Origin: an uncultured Roseburia sp.
Lineage (GTDB): Bacteria > Bacillota > Clostridia > Lachnospirales > Lachnospiraceae
DNA: 64,000 nt
Assembly (NCBI GenBank): GCA_947573605.1
Contig: CANPGM010000016.1
Span: forward strand, 2,205-66,204
Direction: 5' to 3'
In this document: in pieces, positions 18,227 through 29,209 of the stretch
Layout of the letters: each line of letters starts with the position of its first letter
How positions within the stretch are numbered: position 1 is the stretch's first letter
Program-made: the position numbers and the translations under genes
The notes under the pieces: generated by a model
The model's database searches: none
What the model saw: only the letters and a program-made list of their open reading frames with translations
Told to the model about the DNA's origin: nothing

Positions 18227-18997
18227 CTATAATTTTTCGTACTTTCTCCCGATCGTATAAACCGGTATAAATAAGCCAAAAACAATAGGAAAGACCAGAA
18301 TATATTGTACGATCTCCCATACGGTATGAGCGAATACCTGTTTTAACAAAAAAAAGAGAATCGGATTCAAAAGCATTACAACCATAGTATATATTCGGAC
18401 AACCACAAGAACAGGAATCCAGTTTCTGTTATTAAAATGCAGCCCCGGCATAGACAGATGCATAAAACCGTCCGTGAAATAATTTATCTTATTTTCGTCA
18501 TAATAGCGAGGAAGCGTTTCTTTTGCTAACACACAGGCCCAAAATCCGAACGTCAGCATTAATATCTCCGTCGTTATATTCCCTGTCAAAACCTCCGTCG
18601 GCGGTACTCCAAGCATCAGAAAGAAACAGATTTCCAACGCCGTCAGACAAACAGACAGAAAATAAAGAATCATCCACTTTTTCCGGCGTTTTTGATACGG
18701 ATGCTGTTTGGAAGCGCCTATTTGAACCGCACCCTCCAAAAGCCGATTCACCTCATCAATTTCCAGTTGCCGCCGTTCCATCCGTTCTCCCTTCAGAAGC
18801 TCCGTAACCGTAACATTCAGATGTTCTGCAAGCGGAAGTAAAAGCGATACCTGCGGCATTCCGGCTCCTCTTTCCCATTTGCTTATCGTCCTGTCTGAAA
18901 CATAAAGTTTGTCTGCAAGTTCTTTCTGCGTCATATGTTTTTCTTTACGAAGCTCGGCAATAAACATTCCAAATTTTTGGTTATCAATTTGGCACAT
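18227..18997 (-). CDS. XRE-family HTH regulator fused to a 4-TM membrane domain
   Basis: LRKEKHMTQKELADKLYVSDRTISKWERG HTH; hydrophobic C-terminal half. Confidence 0.85.
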   Translation of the reverse strand: MCQIDNQKFGMFIAELRKEKHMTQKELADKLYVSDRTISKWERGAGMPQVSLLLPLAEHLNVTVTELLKGERMERRQLEIDEVNRLLEGAVQIGASKQHPYQKRRKKWMILYFLSVCLTALEICFFLMLGVPPTEVLTGNITTEILMLTFGFWACVLAKETLPRYYDENKINYFTDGFMHLSMPGLHFNNRNWIPVLVVVRIYTMVVMLLNPILFFLLKQVFAHTVWEIVQYILVFPIVFGLFIPVYTIGRKYEKL

Positions 18998-19087
18998 CCT
19001 TAACCCCTCCTTCCAATCTCATTTTATTCGTTTACAGAGTTCTTTTCAACCAACGTTCCGTAGAGCAGCCGATTTCCGAAAAAAATA

Positions 19088-19130
19088 CCCTGCCGAAAAA
19101 AGAAGACATGATCCTCTTTTTCCGGCAGGG
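19088..19130 (-). terminator. Probable terminator after the DegV-family gene
   Basis: CCCTGCCG...CGGCAGGG inverted repeat with A-run on the plus-strand left side. Confidence 0.55.
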
Positions 19131-19160
19131 CAACCCGTAAACAAATACAACTGAAAAAAG

Positions 19161-20045
19161 TTATGACACAGATTCCGACAGCTCCGGTACTTTTTTGGAG
19201 CAGGCAATTGCAAGCGCCCCCGGTCCGATATGACAGGAAACACTCAACGATAACGGATTCATTACAATTTCCTTTCCGGGAAATGCTGCCTCTACCTCTT
19301 TTTTAAATTCCTCGGCGGCGTGCAAGTCGTACGTATAAGCAAGCTCCAGATAAATATCCTTTCCTTCCGCATCCAAAAAACGCTCCGCGAAATCGTTTTT
19401 CATTGCCTCAATCATAATACTTTTCGCCTGTTTCACAGTCCGCGCTTTTGCAAAAGCGTCCAGTTTTTCTCCCTGAATCTGCAGCACCGGCTTAAGCTTT
19501 AATAAGGTGCCAAGCGCCGCGGCGGCAGGTGTAATCCGCCCGCCTTTTTTCAGATAATATAATGTATCGACCATTATATAGATGGAGGACTGCATTTTCT
19601 CACGCTCTAATATTTCTTTAATCTCTTTGGCCGAAAACCCTTTTTCCGCCAGATGCATTGCGTCAAGTACCGACTGTCTCTGTGTAACGGAAATCCGTTG
19701 GTTATTTACTACCTGTACGCGTCCGTCATACTCCGCCGCAAGCATGGACGCCGTTTCACAGGAACTGCTGAGTCCGGAAGACATCGGAATATGGATAATT
19801 TCATCGTATTCCTGCAATAATTGATCCCAGGTATCGGTAACGCTCCCGACAAGAGGCATGGACGTTGAAATCTCGGCCTTGTCGGTCAGCATGCGGTAAA
19901 ATCCCTCCTGATCCAGATCAATATCCTCATATAAAGTCTTTCCGTTTATAAAAAACGGCATCGGCATAATTGTAATGCCAAGTTCTTTAGCCTGTGTCTG
20001 CGTAATCCCACTGTTACTGTCGGATACAATTGCAACCTTACTCAT
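19161..20045 (-). CDS. DegV-family fatty-acid binding protein
   Basis: VAIVSDSNS, MSSGLSSS, YLKKGGRI, LKPVLQ, CHIGPGALA. Confidence 0.92.
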   Translation of the reverse strand: MSKVAIVSDSNSGITQTQAKELGITIMPMPFFINGKTLYEDIDLDQEGFYRMLTDKAEISTSMPLVGSVTDTWDQLLQEYDEIIHIPMSSGLSSSCETASMLAAEYDGRVQVVNNQRISVTQRQSVLDAMHLAEKGFSAKEIKEILEREKMQSSIYIMVDTLYYLKKGGRITPAAAALGTLLKLKPVLQIQGEKLDAFAKARTVKQAKSIMIEAMKNDFAERFLDAEGKDIYLELAYTYDLHAAEEFKKEVEAAFPGKEIVMNPLSLSVSCHIGPGALAIACSKKVPELSESVS

Positions 20046-20133
20046 GAAAGCCCTCCCGTAATGCCTCTGTTATGTTACCTATTTTATATTATGGATCTTT
20101 CCCTGCCGTTTTAGTCACCGGCAAACCGAACGC

Positions 20134-21864
20134 CTAAATATTCTTAAATCTTCTGACTTCATCCTGAAGCTGTGCGGAAATCTCCTGATTGGTGTCTGCC
20201 TCTGATTTAATCATGCTAAGCGCTTCTACCAATTCGCTCGTACTCTCCGCCGCCATAGTCACGCCCTGCGCGCTTTCATCAACCGCCGTATTAATGCCGG
20301 CAATTCCGTCTGTCATATGCGCCATTGTCGCTTCCAGATTCTGCGTCCGTTCATAGAACTCACGAAGCATATCGTCCATATTGTCGGCGTCGTCGTGATA
20401 CCTGTTTGCAACGTCTACAAACTTATCGTAGTCCGAAAGAACCGTTTGATCGATAAACTGAAGCATATTATCCGCATTCTTCGCCAGTTCTTCTACGGCA
20501 TTTGTCACAAGCGCGCTGATATGCTGAATATTATTTGCCGTATCACGGCTGTTGTCAGCGAGTACACGAATCTCGTCTGCAACGACCGCAAATCCTTTTC
20601 CGGCGTCTCCGGCTCTTGCCGCCTCTATGGATGCATTCAGAGCAAGCAGATTCGTCTGACTGGAAATATCCAGAATATCGCCGGTAAGCTCGTTAATCTT
20701 ATCAACGCTTTTACTGTTTTCAATCGCGTTTTTAAGCAGAAGTCTGATACTGTCAAGCATCCGGTTCGTACTTTCCTTACTTCCGGCAGCCAGATTCTTA
20801 ACATCCTCGGCTCTTCCTTTCATTTCGCGTACATATCCGGCTCCGTTCTCCGCACGGCTGCTCATTGCTCTCGAAGCTTTCAGGATCTCCTCCGTTCCCT
20901 CCGTAATCTGTGCAAGAGTCGCGGAAACTTCCTCCATGCTTGCGGAAAGCTCTTCCATTGTCGCGGAAACATTGCTTGCGTTTTCGTTGGAATGATTGAT
21001 ACCGCCCGTAATATTATTCACAAGCTCATTCATATGTAGCGATTCTTTCTGAATCTTTTGCATAATGAGCTGAAGCTGACCGATAAAACTGTTGACGCCT
21101 TTTACCAGCTCGCCTACTTCATCCTGCGTTTTCGCCGCAATTCGTTCCGTCAGGTCTCCTTCGTTGTTCTCTATCTTCTGAATTATCCGGGAAAGCTGGC
21201 GGCTTGCAAGCTTCGCAGGCTTTGCAATAGTATGATTTACAACAATAATAACTAAAACAACGGCGGCGGCATAAACCAGAAAAAGAATAATCGTCAAAAT
21301 ACTCATCTGTTCCGCCGCCTTCGTCCGTTCCCCAACCAGCCCGTCCGCTTCTCTTGCGAGCGTACTGTCAAACTCATTTCCCTTTTCCGTCACCGTCGTA
21401 ACCGCAGTATACATGCCGCTGTTGGCTGAAATCGCGGCAAACAGATTCCCGGAAAGATACGCGCTTGCAATCCGCTCCGTAAGATCCTCCAGATTCTGAG
21501 CCGCCGTTTCGTATTCGCCCAAAATCTCAAGAAGCTCCGGATTTCCTTCCTTTTCGCAAATTGTGCGCATTTCTTCGAACACCGTTTCTATTTTTTCAAT
21601 CGTAACCGGTACGGATTCGGCAATATTGGACGCCGTTTCTTTATCATTCAGCATCGTAATCATATTGCCGTAAAGCTTACATTCGTCAATTGCCTTGACA
21701 AGTTCCGTGTTCTTTTCCTGTAGTTCCAAATAAATCCCGGAAACCTGCCTGACTGCCTTTAGAGATTGTTCTGATGCGACGCGGTTGATCAGCGCATTCA
21801 ATAAAAAAACCGCAACCAGAACCACAATCATTGAAATAATTTTTGTTCCAATGTGCTTTTTCAT
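20134..21864 (-). CDS. Methyl-accepting chemotaxis protein (TM-4HB sensor-TM-HAMP-MA)
   Basis: [31 protein letters not shown] hairpin tip; two TM helices; HAMP DEVGEL. Confidence 0.93.
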   Translation of the reverse strand: MKKHIGTKIISMIVVLVAVFLLNALINRVASEQSLKAVRQVSGIYLELQEKNTELVKAIDECKLYGNMITMLNDKETASNIAESVPVTIEKIETVFEEMRTICEKEGNPELLEILGEYETAAQNLEDLTERIASAYLSGNLFAAISANSGMYTAVTTVTEKGNEFDSTLAREADGLVGERTKAAEQMSILTIILFLVYAAAVVLVIIVVNHTIAKPAKLASRQLSRIIQKIENNEGDLTERIAAKTQDEVGELVKGVNSFIGQLQLIMQKIQKESLHMNELVNNITGGINHSNENASNVSATMEELSASMEEVSATLAQITEGTEEILKASRAMSSRAENGAGYVREMKGRAEDVKNLAAGSKESTNRMLDSIRLLLKNAIENSKSVDKINELTGDILDISSQTNLLALNASIEAARAGDAGKGFAVVADEIRVLADNSRDTANNIQHISALVTNAVEELAKNADNMLQFIDQTVLSDYDKFVDVANRYHDDADNMDDMLREFYERTQNLEATMAHMTDGIAGINTAVDESAQGVTMAAESTSELVEALSMIKSEADTNQEISAQLQDEVRRFKNI

Positions 21865-21969
21865 TTGCCGTTCCCCTCTCCGATGAAATTTGTATACCCC
21901 GATATTTTCTTTATTATAGCATACTTTTTATCACAGGGAACCCCTAAAATAACATTTCAGACACCGGAT

Positions 21970-22347
21970 TTACTTGTTTCTTACCTTATCCATAAATCTT
22001 TGATTGTCTATCACAAAACGCTCGTGCGTCCCCTCGCCGATAAGTCCCGCTTTGTCATAAACTTTACCCGTAAACACCAGACGTTTCCTGTCTACCTCCG
22101 TCAGAACCGTTTCGCAGGTAACTTCTTCTCCTACCGCCGTAGCGGAACTGTGACTGACATGAACCAGCGTACCGACCGTCCCCTGACCGTCCTCTAAAAA
22201 CGCCGCTACGCTTTCACTGGCCGTATTTTCCATTAATGCAATCATGGCCGGTGTTGCAAATACCTCAAGCGATCCGCTGCCGATTACTTTTGCCGAAAGC
22301 TCTTCCGTTACCCGGATTGTCTTTTTTCCCTTAATTCCCGCTTCCAT
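21970..22347 (-). CDS. Hot-dog fold thioesterase (FlK-like)
   Basis: VFATPAMIALME, TVGTLVHVSH, GEGTHERF motifs. Confidence 0.88.
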   Translation of the reverse strand: MEAGIKGKKTIRVTEELSAKVIGSGSLEVFATPAMIALMENTASESVAAFLEDGQGTVGTLVHVSHSSATAVGEEVTCETVLTEVDRKRLVFTGKVYDKAGLIGEGTHERFVIDNQRFMDKVRNK

Positions 22348-22397
22348 TTTTCCTCATTTCCGCGCGGCTGTTTTTCAAATATCTGATTCATCACACA

Positions 22398-22448
22398 CTT
22401 GTATAACAGGTTAGCGGATGCCGCGCGATCGCCAACCTGTTATACAAG
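22398..22448. terminator. Hairpin downstream of copA
   Basis: Perfect 15-bp inverted repeat CTTGTATAACAGGTT / AACCTGTTATACAAG. Confidence 0.65.
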
Positions 22449-22477
22449 CATTTTTACAAGAATAGTTTCTTTGACAT

Positions 22478-24997
22478 TCAATGAATGGCAGTAACTTTAT
22501 AATCCTTCTCCTCGACCGCCTGTTTTAAAATCTCGTCCGGAATCTCTTTTTCAAGAGTAACAACTGCCGTTTTGCTCTCATGACTGACTGCCGCGCTTGT
22601 CACGCCGTCTATCGCTTCCAGGCTTTTCTTTACCGCAGCCTCGCAGTGACCGCACATCATTCCCTCAATATTCATTGTCTTTTCCATTGTTTTTTCCTCC
22701 ATTTTCTTATTTGATTTTATTTTCTTATCCTTTCCCGGGTCATAAATTGACAACAGGTTCAGTCTAAGCGCATTCGTGACGACGCAAAAGCTGGATAAGC
22801 TCATTGCCGCGGCCGCAAACATGGGATTTAACTGCCAGTGAAAGAGCGGAATCCATACGCCTGCCGCCAGAGGGATCCCTATAATATTATAGAAAAACGC
22901 CCAAAACAGATTTTCGTGAATATTTTTAAGCGTGGCGCGGCTTAATCGAATGGCTGCCGGCACATCAATGAGTCTGCTTTTCATCAGTACAATATCCGCG
23001 GCATCAATCGCAATATCGGTTCCCGCTCCGATCGCAATGCCGATATCCGCCCTCGTCAGCGCGGGAGCGTCGTTAATTCCGTCTCCGACCATAAAGACTC
23101 TGCCCTCTTTTTTAAGTCTTCTGATCACGCTTTCCTTTCCGTCCGGCAGCACGCCGGCAATTACTTCGTCCACCCCGGCCTGCGCGCCGATTGCCCGGGC
23201 GGTCCTCTCATTGTCTCCCGTCAGCATCACTACGCGGATTCCCATATCCTTAAGCTCGGAAATCGCCTGAGGCGCATCGCTTTTCATTACATCGGCAACT
23301 GCGATAATTCCGAGCAGTTTTTGATCCGCTGCAAAAAACAGCGGCGTTTTTCCCTCATTCGCAAGCTGTTCCGACTGTTTCGTAAGCCGCTTTGAAATCT
23401 CGGTCTTTGACGAAAGATACGAAAAGCTTCCTCCCAGAAGCGCTTTCCCTTCGTAAACTGCCGCCAGGCCGTTTCCCGGCAGAGCCGTAAAATCCGTCAC
23501 TTCCGCTTCCTTTGCCTTTTGTTCTTTTGCATACGCCAAAACGGCGCGCGCCAGAGGATGTTCGCTTTTTTTCTCCAAAATCGACGCGTAAAAAAGAAGC
23601 TCCTCCGCGCTTATCCCTTCCGCGGGTATTACATCCGTCACTTTCGGTTCCCCTTCGGTGATCGTTCCTGTTTTATCAAGCGCTGCAATCTGCATTTTTC
23701 CTGCCTCTTCAAGCGCCGAGGCCGTTTTAAACATGATTCCGCTTTTTGCACCGACGCCGTTTCCGACCATAATCGCGACAGGTGTCGCAAGCCCCAGCGC
23801 ACAGGGGCAACTGATTACAAGCACGGAAATCCCGCGGGATAACGCATAGCCAAAATCCGCCCCTGCCAAAAGCCAAATGAAAACCGTCGCAGCCGCAATT
23901 GCAATTACAGTCGGTACAAACACACCCGAAACCTTATCCGCCGCTTTTGCAATCGGAGCTTTCGTAGCGGCAGCGTCGCTGACCATCCGAATAATCTGTG
24001 AAAGCGTCGTATCCTCTCCGACCCTCTGCGCTTCGCACTTTAGAAATCCGGACTGATTTACCGTTGCGGCGGATACAACATCTCCGGCCGCTTTATCCGT
24101 GGGAATGCTTTCACCGGTTAATGCAGCTTCATTTACTGCGCTGCTGCCTTCCAGCACAACTCCGTCCACCGGAATATTCTCTCCCGGCCGCACCAGAAAA
24201 ATATCTCCCTTTTTCACCGATTCAACAGCTACTTCTGTCTCCTTTCCATCTGAAATCACAGTTGCTGTTTTCGGTGCCAGCTTCATAAGTCCCTTTAATG
24301 CATCTGTCGTTTTCCCCTTCGATCTTGCCTCAAGCATTTTCCCGACCGTAATTAAGGTCAGAATCATTGCTGCAGATTCAAAATAAAATTCATGCATACC
24401 TGCCATGACCGCGTCCATGTCGCCCTTAGCCTGCGCATCCGTCATGAGAAACAATGCATAAACGCTGTATCCGAATGCTGCAGCAGATCCAAGAGCTACA
24501 AGTGTATCCATATTCGGCGCGCCATGAAACAGACTTTTAAATCCGCTTATAAAGAACTTCTGATTGATTACCATTACCGCTGCAGTTAAAAGAAGCTGAA
24601 GCAAACCCATTGCGATATGATTATGCGCCAAAAAAGCCGGAACGGGCCAGCCCCACATCATGGCTCCCATCGAAAAATACATCAGTATAATTAAAAAGAT
24701 CAGCGAAGAAAACAGGCGTTTTTTCAGTACCGGCGTCTCTGTATCCTTTAACGCATCCTCCGCCGCGGCTGCGGTCTTCTCCCGGTCTCCTGCGTCCGCG
24801 CCTTTTTTCGACGCACCGTACCCCGCAGCCTCTACCGCCCGAATAACTGCCTCGGCTCCGGCGCTTCCCTCCACGCCCATTGAGTTCGTCAGCAGACTGA
24901 CGGAACAGGAAGTCACGCCCGGTACTTTTCCGACCGCCTTTTCTACCCGCGCGCTGCAGGCTGCACAGCTCATGCCGGTAACCGTATATTGTTCCAT
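22478..24997 (-). CDS. copA: Copper-translocating P1B ATPase with N- and C-terminal HMA domains
   Basis: GMSCAAC, TGES, CPC, DKTGT, HP, GDGIND, YN/MxxSS Cu(I) motifs, C-terminal GMMCGHC. Confidence 0.95.
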   Translation of the reverse strand: MEQYTVTGMSCAACSARVEKAVGKVPGVTSCSVSLLTNSMGVEGSAGAEAVIRAVEAAGYGASKKGADAGDREKTAAAAEDALKDTETPVLKKRLFSSLIFLIILMYFSMGAMMWGWPVPAFLAHNHIAMGLLQLLLTAAVMVINQKFFISGFKSLFHGAPNMDTLVALGSAAAFGYSVYALFLMTDAQAKGDMDAVMAGMHEFYFESAAMILTLITVGKMLEARSKGKTTDALKGLMKLAPKTATVISDGKETEVAVESVKKGDIFLVRPGENIPVDGVVLEGSSAVNEAALTGESIPTDKAAGDVVSAATVNQSGFLKCEAQRVGEDTTLSQIIRMVSDAAATKAPIAKAADKVSGVFVPTVIAIAAATVFIWLLAGADFGYALSRGISVLVISCPCALGLATPVAIMVGNGVGAKSGIMFKTASALEEAGKMQIAALDKTGTITEGEPKVTDVIPAEGISAEELLFYASILEKKSEHPLARAVLAYAKEQKAKEAEVTDFTALPGNGLAAVYEGKALLGGSFSYLSSKTEISKRLTKQSEQLANEGKTPLFFAADQKLLGIIAVADVMKSDAPQAISELKDMGIRVVMLTGDNERTARAIGAQAGVDEVIAGVLPDGKESVIRRLKKEGRVFMVGDGINDAPALTRADIGIAIGAGTDIAIDAADIVLMKSRLIDVPAAIRLSRATLKNIHENLFWAFFYNIIGIPLAAGVWIPLFHWQLNPMFAAAAMSLSSFCVVTNALRLNLLSIYDPGKDKKIKSNKKMEEKTMEKTMNIEGMMCGHCEAAVKKSLEAIDGVTSAAVSHESKTAVVTLEKEIPDEILKQAVEEKDYKVTAIH

Positions 24998-25018
24998 ACG
25001 AATCATCCCCTTTCCGCG

Positions 25019-25324
25019 CTAACGCATGATTTTCTGCAAAATATGAACAAGCTCGTCAACCGTCTCCTCTTTGCCGTCAAGGATATCCCGCGTAACACAG
25101 GTTTTAATATGGTTCGCCAGCAAAACCTTGTTAAAACTGTTCAACGCCGCCGTTACCGCCGCTACCTGTGTTAAAATATCCGTACAATAGGCATCTTTTT
25201 CAATCATCCCCCGAATTCCGCGAACCTGGCCCTCAATGCGGTTCAGACGATGAATCAAATCTTTATACTCTTCACCGGTTCGCTCCTTTGTTTTTTGACA
25301 ACAGCAGTTTAATTCTTCACACAT
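25019..25324 (-). CDS. csoR: CsoR-family copper-sensing repressor
   Basis: RLNRIEGQVRGI...YCTDILTQ...HIKTC; directly upstream of copA. Confidence 0.93.
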   Translation of the reverse strand: MCEELNCCCQKTKERTGEEYKDLIHRLNRIEGQVRGIRGMIEKDAYCTDILTQVAAVTAALNSFNKVLLANHIKTCVTRDILDGKEETVDELVHILQKIMR

Positions 25325-25407
25325 GCTTATCCCCCGTGCAAATCGCAGCTTTGAAAGTCTGCATTTTGTTTTTATAGTTATATTCAAATTCCCTGTTTTT
25401 ATCCATT

Positions 25408-25428
25408 ATATACCCCTAAGGGGTATAT
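25408..25428. promoter_or_regulatory. CsoR operator
   Basis: Perfect ATATACCCC-TAA-GGGGTATAT inverted repeat with the C/G tracts typical of CsoR sites, upstream of csoR. Confidence 0.85.
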
Positions 25429-25570
25429 TGCAAGCATTTTCCGTCAATTGACAATGAAAAATGGGTTCAAATACTTCCTGTACAAGCGACGTCCTTTGGA
25501 GGAATTTCCTTATAGAATGAAAAAACTTCCCGAAAGCCATTCGCTCCCGGGAAGCCTGTTATATCCGTCT

Positions 25571-26347
25571 TTACTTTTTGTTCTCCATATCGGCAACCAC
25601 CTCCGCAATCTGCGTCACGCGCTGCTCGATCTTGGCATTCACAATAGAACTCGTTTCCGAAAGCTTTCCGACTTCCTTCGCAACTACCGCAAATCCGGCC
25701 CCGACTTCGCCTGCCCTTGCCGCCTCTATGGAAGCATTCAGCGCTAAAATCTTCTGCCTGCTTTGAATCGCCTTTAGTTCCTTTGTGTTTTCCTTGATTT
25801 CATTCACCAGCCGATTCGTCTCTTCTATTCCGCCGCGAAGCGTATCATAGGCCTGGCCTCTTACTTTCTGATTAAACTCCGCATTAATATAATTGTTAAG
25901 CACCTGTCCCAAAAGCTCTGCGGAAGCTTCGATCGCCTCCTTACTGCGAACATTTACTTTATGTAAAGCAAGCAGATAGCGTTCCTCGTCTACACCGATC
26001 TCACGCGCAACCTGTCTGAACTTCTCCTCGTCCGGCTTCTCCGGAAGCACCTGTCCGCCGATTACGGCGCCGACCTTCTCTCCGTTTAACACCAAATCAA
26101 TGGAAAAGTCAATCAATCCCGCATGACAATTGTAGACACCGCGTCCCTCTCTGTCACACCGTTCGCATCTGGCGCGCCCTTCGTCGCTCCCCCTCGTATA
26201 TTTAATACAGAAATCCGTAAAATTAAAGCAATCGGAGATGTACTTTCCGTCCATACCCACCGCAACCGTAGCAAGACCGGTAGCGGCCGCCCAGTTACTC
26301 ATTATCTTTCCGAAACCATCCATATCCACATATTCTTCAATCCTCAT
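25571..26347 (-). CDS. Soluble PocR-sensor chemoreceptor with short MA signalling domain
   Basis: PocR FTDFC...CERCD...CHAGLIDF; C-terminal [26 protein letters not shown]; no TM. Confidence 0.85.
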   Translation of the reverse strand: MRIEEYVDMDGFGKIMSNWAAATGLATVAVGMDGKYISDCFNFTDFCIKYTRGSDEGRARCERCDREGRGVYNCHAGLIDFSIDLVLNGEKVGAVIGGQVLPEKPDEEKFRQVAREIGVDEERYLLALHKVNVRSKEAIEASAELLGQVLNNYINAEFNQKVRGQAYDTLRGGIEETNRLVNEIKENTKELKAIQSRQKILALNASIEAARAGEVGAGFAVVAKEVGKLSETSSIVNAKIEQRVTQIAEVVADMENKK

Positions 26348-26533
26348 AGCTGTCTCCATCTGCGCCTTGCGGTGTGCGCCCAAATACAACGGTTGAATAC
26401 GCCTTTTTATTCAACCCTTCTCCGTCCTCTATTATATCGCTTTTTTCTCCCTTTTTACAACCTTTTTCTGTCAAAAAAAGCAAATTTTCTGTCATAAGCC
26501 GGCCTTTGGCCGAATCGTTTTCCGGCACTCCTT

Positions 26534-28327
26534 TTAATCCGCTGCAACAGCAGCCATCATAAGACCTACAAGCCGAATCAGACCGCTGTCTAAAACACCG
26601 TATTTCGGTCCGCGGTTAAAGAAATCAAAGGATACGAGTGAAACTGGCTTTCCTTCTTTAAACATTGCAAACTGGTAAAATTTTTTGCATTCCTGCCGCT
26701 CATTGAGCTTATACGCATCAGGAAACTTATTCATCAGACGCGGAACGTTTCCTTCGCTGTAAAAACCGTCTTTGTCAAACAGTTCCTGATAATCCTTATC
26801 GAATATACAAGTATAGTTCTGAATCGGTTCCACATACTTTCCCGCAAATGCGCTGCGGGTCATCTCAGGTCCGGTGTAGAGTGCTACTCCGTCAATATCA
26901 AACCAGGTCTGTATCTGCTTCATAGCCTCTTCCATCGCCGCCACACCTTCTTTATGAAGTTTTAAGATCAGCTCCGATACGACTTCATTCTTTTTGTCGT
27001 TACTGAGCGCCGCTTTAAGTCCGATATTCCGCACGGAATCTTCTTCTCTTACGATTGCGCCGTGCATCGCCTCTCTGTAAATAATATAGCGGTTTTTTCC
27101 TTTGGCCTTTGCAATATAAAGACATTTATCCGCTTTAAAAAACAACTCTTCATAGGTAGATCCGTCCTCAGGAAATTTGGAAATTCCGATGGAAAATGTA
27201 ATTTTTAAGTCTTCTCTGTCCGAAAACGCCCATTTTGTATGGGTATTAATCGTCGTCAAAAGCCTGCGCAGCTCCAGCTCGTTTTCAATATTTTCAAATA
27301 CAATCATAAATTCGTCGCCGCCGAATCTGCCTGCAACGCCGTATTTTTTTGAAACACTTCGAATAATCTCCGCAACTTTAGACAAAACTTCATCGCCGCA
27401 CATATGCCCGAATACATCGTTAATCTTTTTAAAATCATCCACATCCAGAATAGCCAGATAAAGTCCGCTTGTCTTTTTCTGAATTTTTTCAATGGCATAT
27501 TCGTTAATCGCACGTTTGTTTAAAAGTCCCGTACCTGGATCAACGGCATTATCCGATAAATAATAACTTTTTTTCGGCTCATCCCCGTTTATGCTGCGGA
27601 CAAGCCCTATAATCATATGACGGACATCATCCTTATAAAGAGTACTGCATTTCAGTTCGTAACGGCATCCGTTCATCTCTTCCTGCAGCAGCAGCCCATC
27701 CACTTCCAGCTTGAACTGATCTCTGCCGTTTTTAATCGTTTCATATAAAATCTGAAATTCTGCGCGCTGTGTTTCAGAGAATTCAGGATTCGCTTCCACT
27801 CTTTTTCTGATTTTCTCCAAAGTAGTGTTACATAAAATCTGACCGCGCACGTTATGATATAAATAAAACTTAAAAACATCTGTTTTATGTTCATACTCAA
27901 AAAACATACCCGGATAGAGCGTCATAAATTCTCTGTACTTTTCCACAATATCCGTATAAATAATATAACGCTCCGCAAGTGTCATTACTTCGCAAAGTTC
28001 CATATCAAAAGAACGGAAACCCTTGTACACCTTTCCGTTGTCTTTTAATATCATATAAAAACACCGATACTTATCGTTATAACACATCATTCTCGCAATC
28101 AGGCACTGTGGCCGTTCTCCAAGCTTTTCCGCCGCGTCCATAAACTCCGCCACATCCTCTGGATGGAGCAGCTCCGGTATGGAATAGCAGGCCTTTTTCC
28201 CTAAAAGGTGATAAAATCGTTCGTCTGCCGTCGCAATATAAAACTCGCCCTTCAGCGATGCCTTGCCGTAAAACATCTGAAACTCATCCGGTGCAGTCTG
28301 ATAGTCGGTAATATTTGTATTGTTCAT
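26534..28327 (-). CDS. Cytoplasmic diguanylate cyclase (PAS-like N-terminus, GGDEF, C-terminal GAF-like region)
   Basis: DPGTGLLNKR, LDVDDFKKINDVFGH, GRFGGDEF, ADKCLYIAK. Confidence 0.88.
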   Translation of the reverse strand: MNNTNITDYQTAPDEFQMFYGKASLKGEFYIATADERFYHLLGKKACYSIPELLHPEDVAEFMDAAEKLGERPQCLIARMMCYNDKYRCFYMILKDNGKVYKGFRSFDMELCEVMTLAERYIIYTDIVEKYREFMTLYPGMFFEYEHKTDVFKFYLYHNVRGQILCNTTLEKIRKRVEANPEFSETQRAEFQILYETIKNGRDQFKLEVDGLLLQEEMNGCRYELKCSTLYKDDVRHMIIGLVRSINGDEPKKSYYLSDNAVDPGTGLLNKRAINEYAIEKIQKKTSGLYLAILDVDDFKKINDVFGHMCGDEVLSKVAEIIRSVSKKYGVAGRFGGDEFMIVFENIENELELRRLLTTINTHTKWAFSDREDLKITFSIGISKFPEDGSTYEELFFKADKCLYIAKAKGKNRYIIYREAMHGAIVREEDSVRNIGLKAALSNDKKNEVVSELILKLHKEGVAAMEEAMKQIQTWFDIDGVALYTGPEMTRSAFAGKYVEPIQNYTCIFDKDYQELFDKDGFYSEGNVPRLMNKFPDAYKLNERQECKKFYQFAMFKEGKPVSLVSFDFFNRGPKYGVLDSGLIRLVGLMMAAVAAD

Positions 28328-28382
28328 CCTTCAAACACGTCCATTCCATCGTTGGTAATTACAGTCTTTATACAAGGCAAAC

Positions 28383-28409
28383 ACGCCCCGGACAAATGTC
28401 CGTGGGCGT
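28383..28409 (-). terminator. Probable terminator after the ArsR gene
   Basis: ACGCCC-CGGAC-AAAT-GTCCG-T-GGGCGT hairpin followed by GTTTGCCTT on the minus strand. Confidence 0.5.
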
Positions 28410-28551
28410 ATACATTCCTGACGAAAGACGGTAAAATATACTCACCTACATCATACCTTTTCTTTCGTTATTTTGCAATATCTGAAACCCTTACTTTTTC
28501 ATTAAATTTCACGAAAAAGTATCGTCGGGACTTTGTTTTTCCGTCAAGATT

Positions 28552-28917
28552 TTATAAATCCTCCTCAATATGCTCTCTTCCCTGGGCGATTATCGTCCTT
28601 ACATGACCGTCCGCAAGAGAATAAAATACGGACTTTCCCTCCCTGCGGCTTTTTACCAGTCTGCTCTGCTTTAAAATTTTCAGCTGATGCGAAATCGCCG
28701 ACTGTGTCATCGACAGCGCCTGCGCCAGATCACAGACACAGACTTCCGCCTCAAATAAAACAAACAAAATACGGATACGGGTCGAATCCCCAAACACTTT
28801 AAAGAGTTCCGCCAAATCATAAAGCTCCGTTTCCTCAGGCATTGTTTCATTTACTATTTTCAGCAGATCCTCATGTACCTCGTTCGAATCACAGCATTCC
28901 AATTCTTTTTCTTCCAT
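28552..28917 (-). CDS. ArsR/SmtB (CadC-like) metal-sensing repressor
   Basis: ELFKVFGDSTRIRIL, EVCVCDLA, SHQLKIL, YSLADGHV; N-terminal CC; GGAGG RBS before ATG 28917. Confidence 0.92.
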   Translation of the reverse strand: MEEKELECCDSNEVHEDLLKIVNETMPEETELYDLAELFKVFGDSTRIRILFVLFEAEVCVCDLAQALSMTQSAISHQLKILKQSRLVKSRREGKSVFYSLADGHVRTIIAQGREHIEEDL

Positions 28918-28968
28918 GCTAACCTCCATGTCGCAAGCTTTGCCGCGTTCCAATCCGGGACAAGCTTA

Positions 28969-29187
28969 CTATAAAAATATTTCACAGTCGCTTTCTACTT
29001 TTTTACAGTTCTTTAAAACGTCCTGCATTACAAGTTGCGGATCGCTTCCGTCCACAAATTCAACGCTCATTTTTAATGTCATAAAATTTACGGCCGCGTC
29101 CTTTACCCCCGCTGTCTTTTTCGCCGCCTCTTCCATTTTGTTGGCGCAATTCGCGCAGTCTACTTCGATTTTATACGTTTTTTTCAT
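28969..29187 (-). CDS. Small HMA-domain metallochaperone
   Basis: MKKTYKIEVDCANCANKME; 72 aa. Confidence 0.88.
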   Translation of the reverse strand: MKKTYKIEVDCANCANKMEEAAKKTAGVKDAAVNFMTLKMSVEFVDGSDPQLVMQDVLKNCKKVESDCEIFL

Positions 29188-29209
29188 ATTTTTGCCCCTT
29201 TCTACTTTG

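Noticed and set aside
20317-21039. Long plus-strand ORFs antisense to MCPs and other genes (also 7568-8050, 33629-34324, 43735-44277, 63521-63997)
   Set aside because: They lie wholly opposite well-supported genes, lack RBS or motifs, and are typical shadow ORFs.
28370-28420. c-di-GMP-I riboswitch upstream of the GGDEF gene (GGCAAAC seen)
   Set aside because: The motif is on the strand opposite the gene and lacks the GCAAAG/P2-P3 elements; it is better explained as a terminator hairpin.
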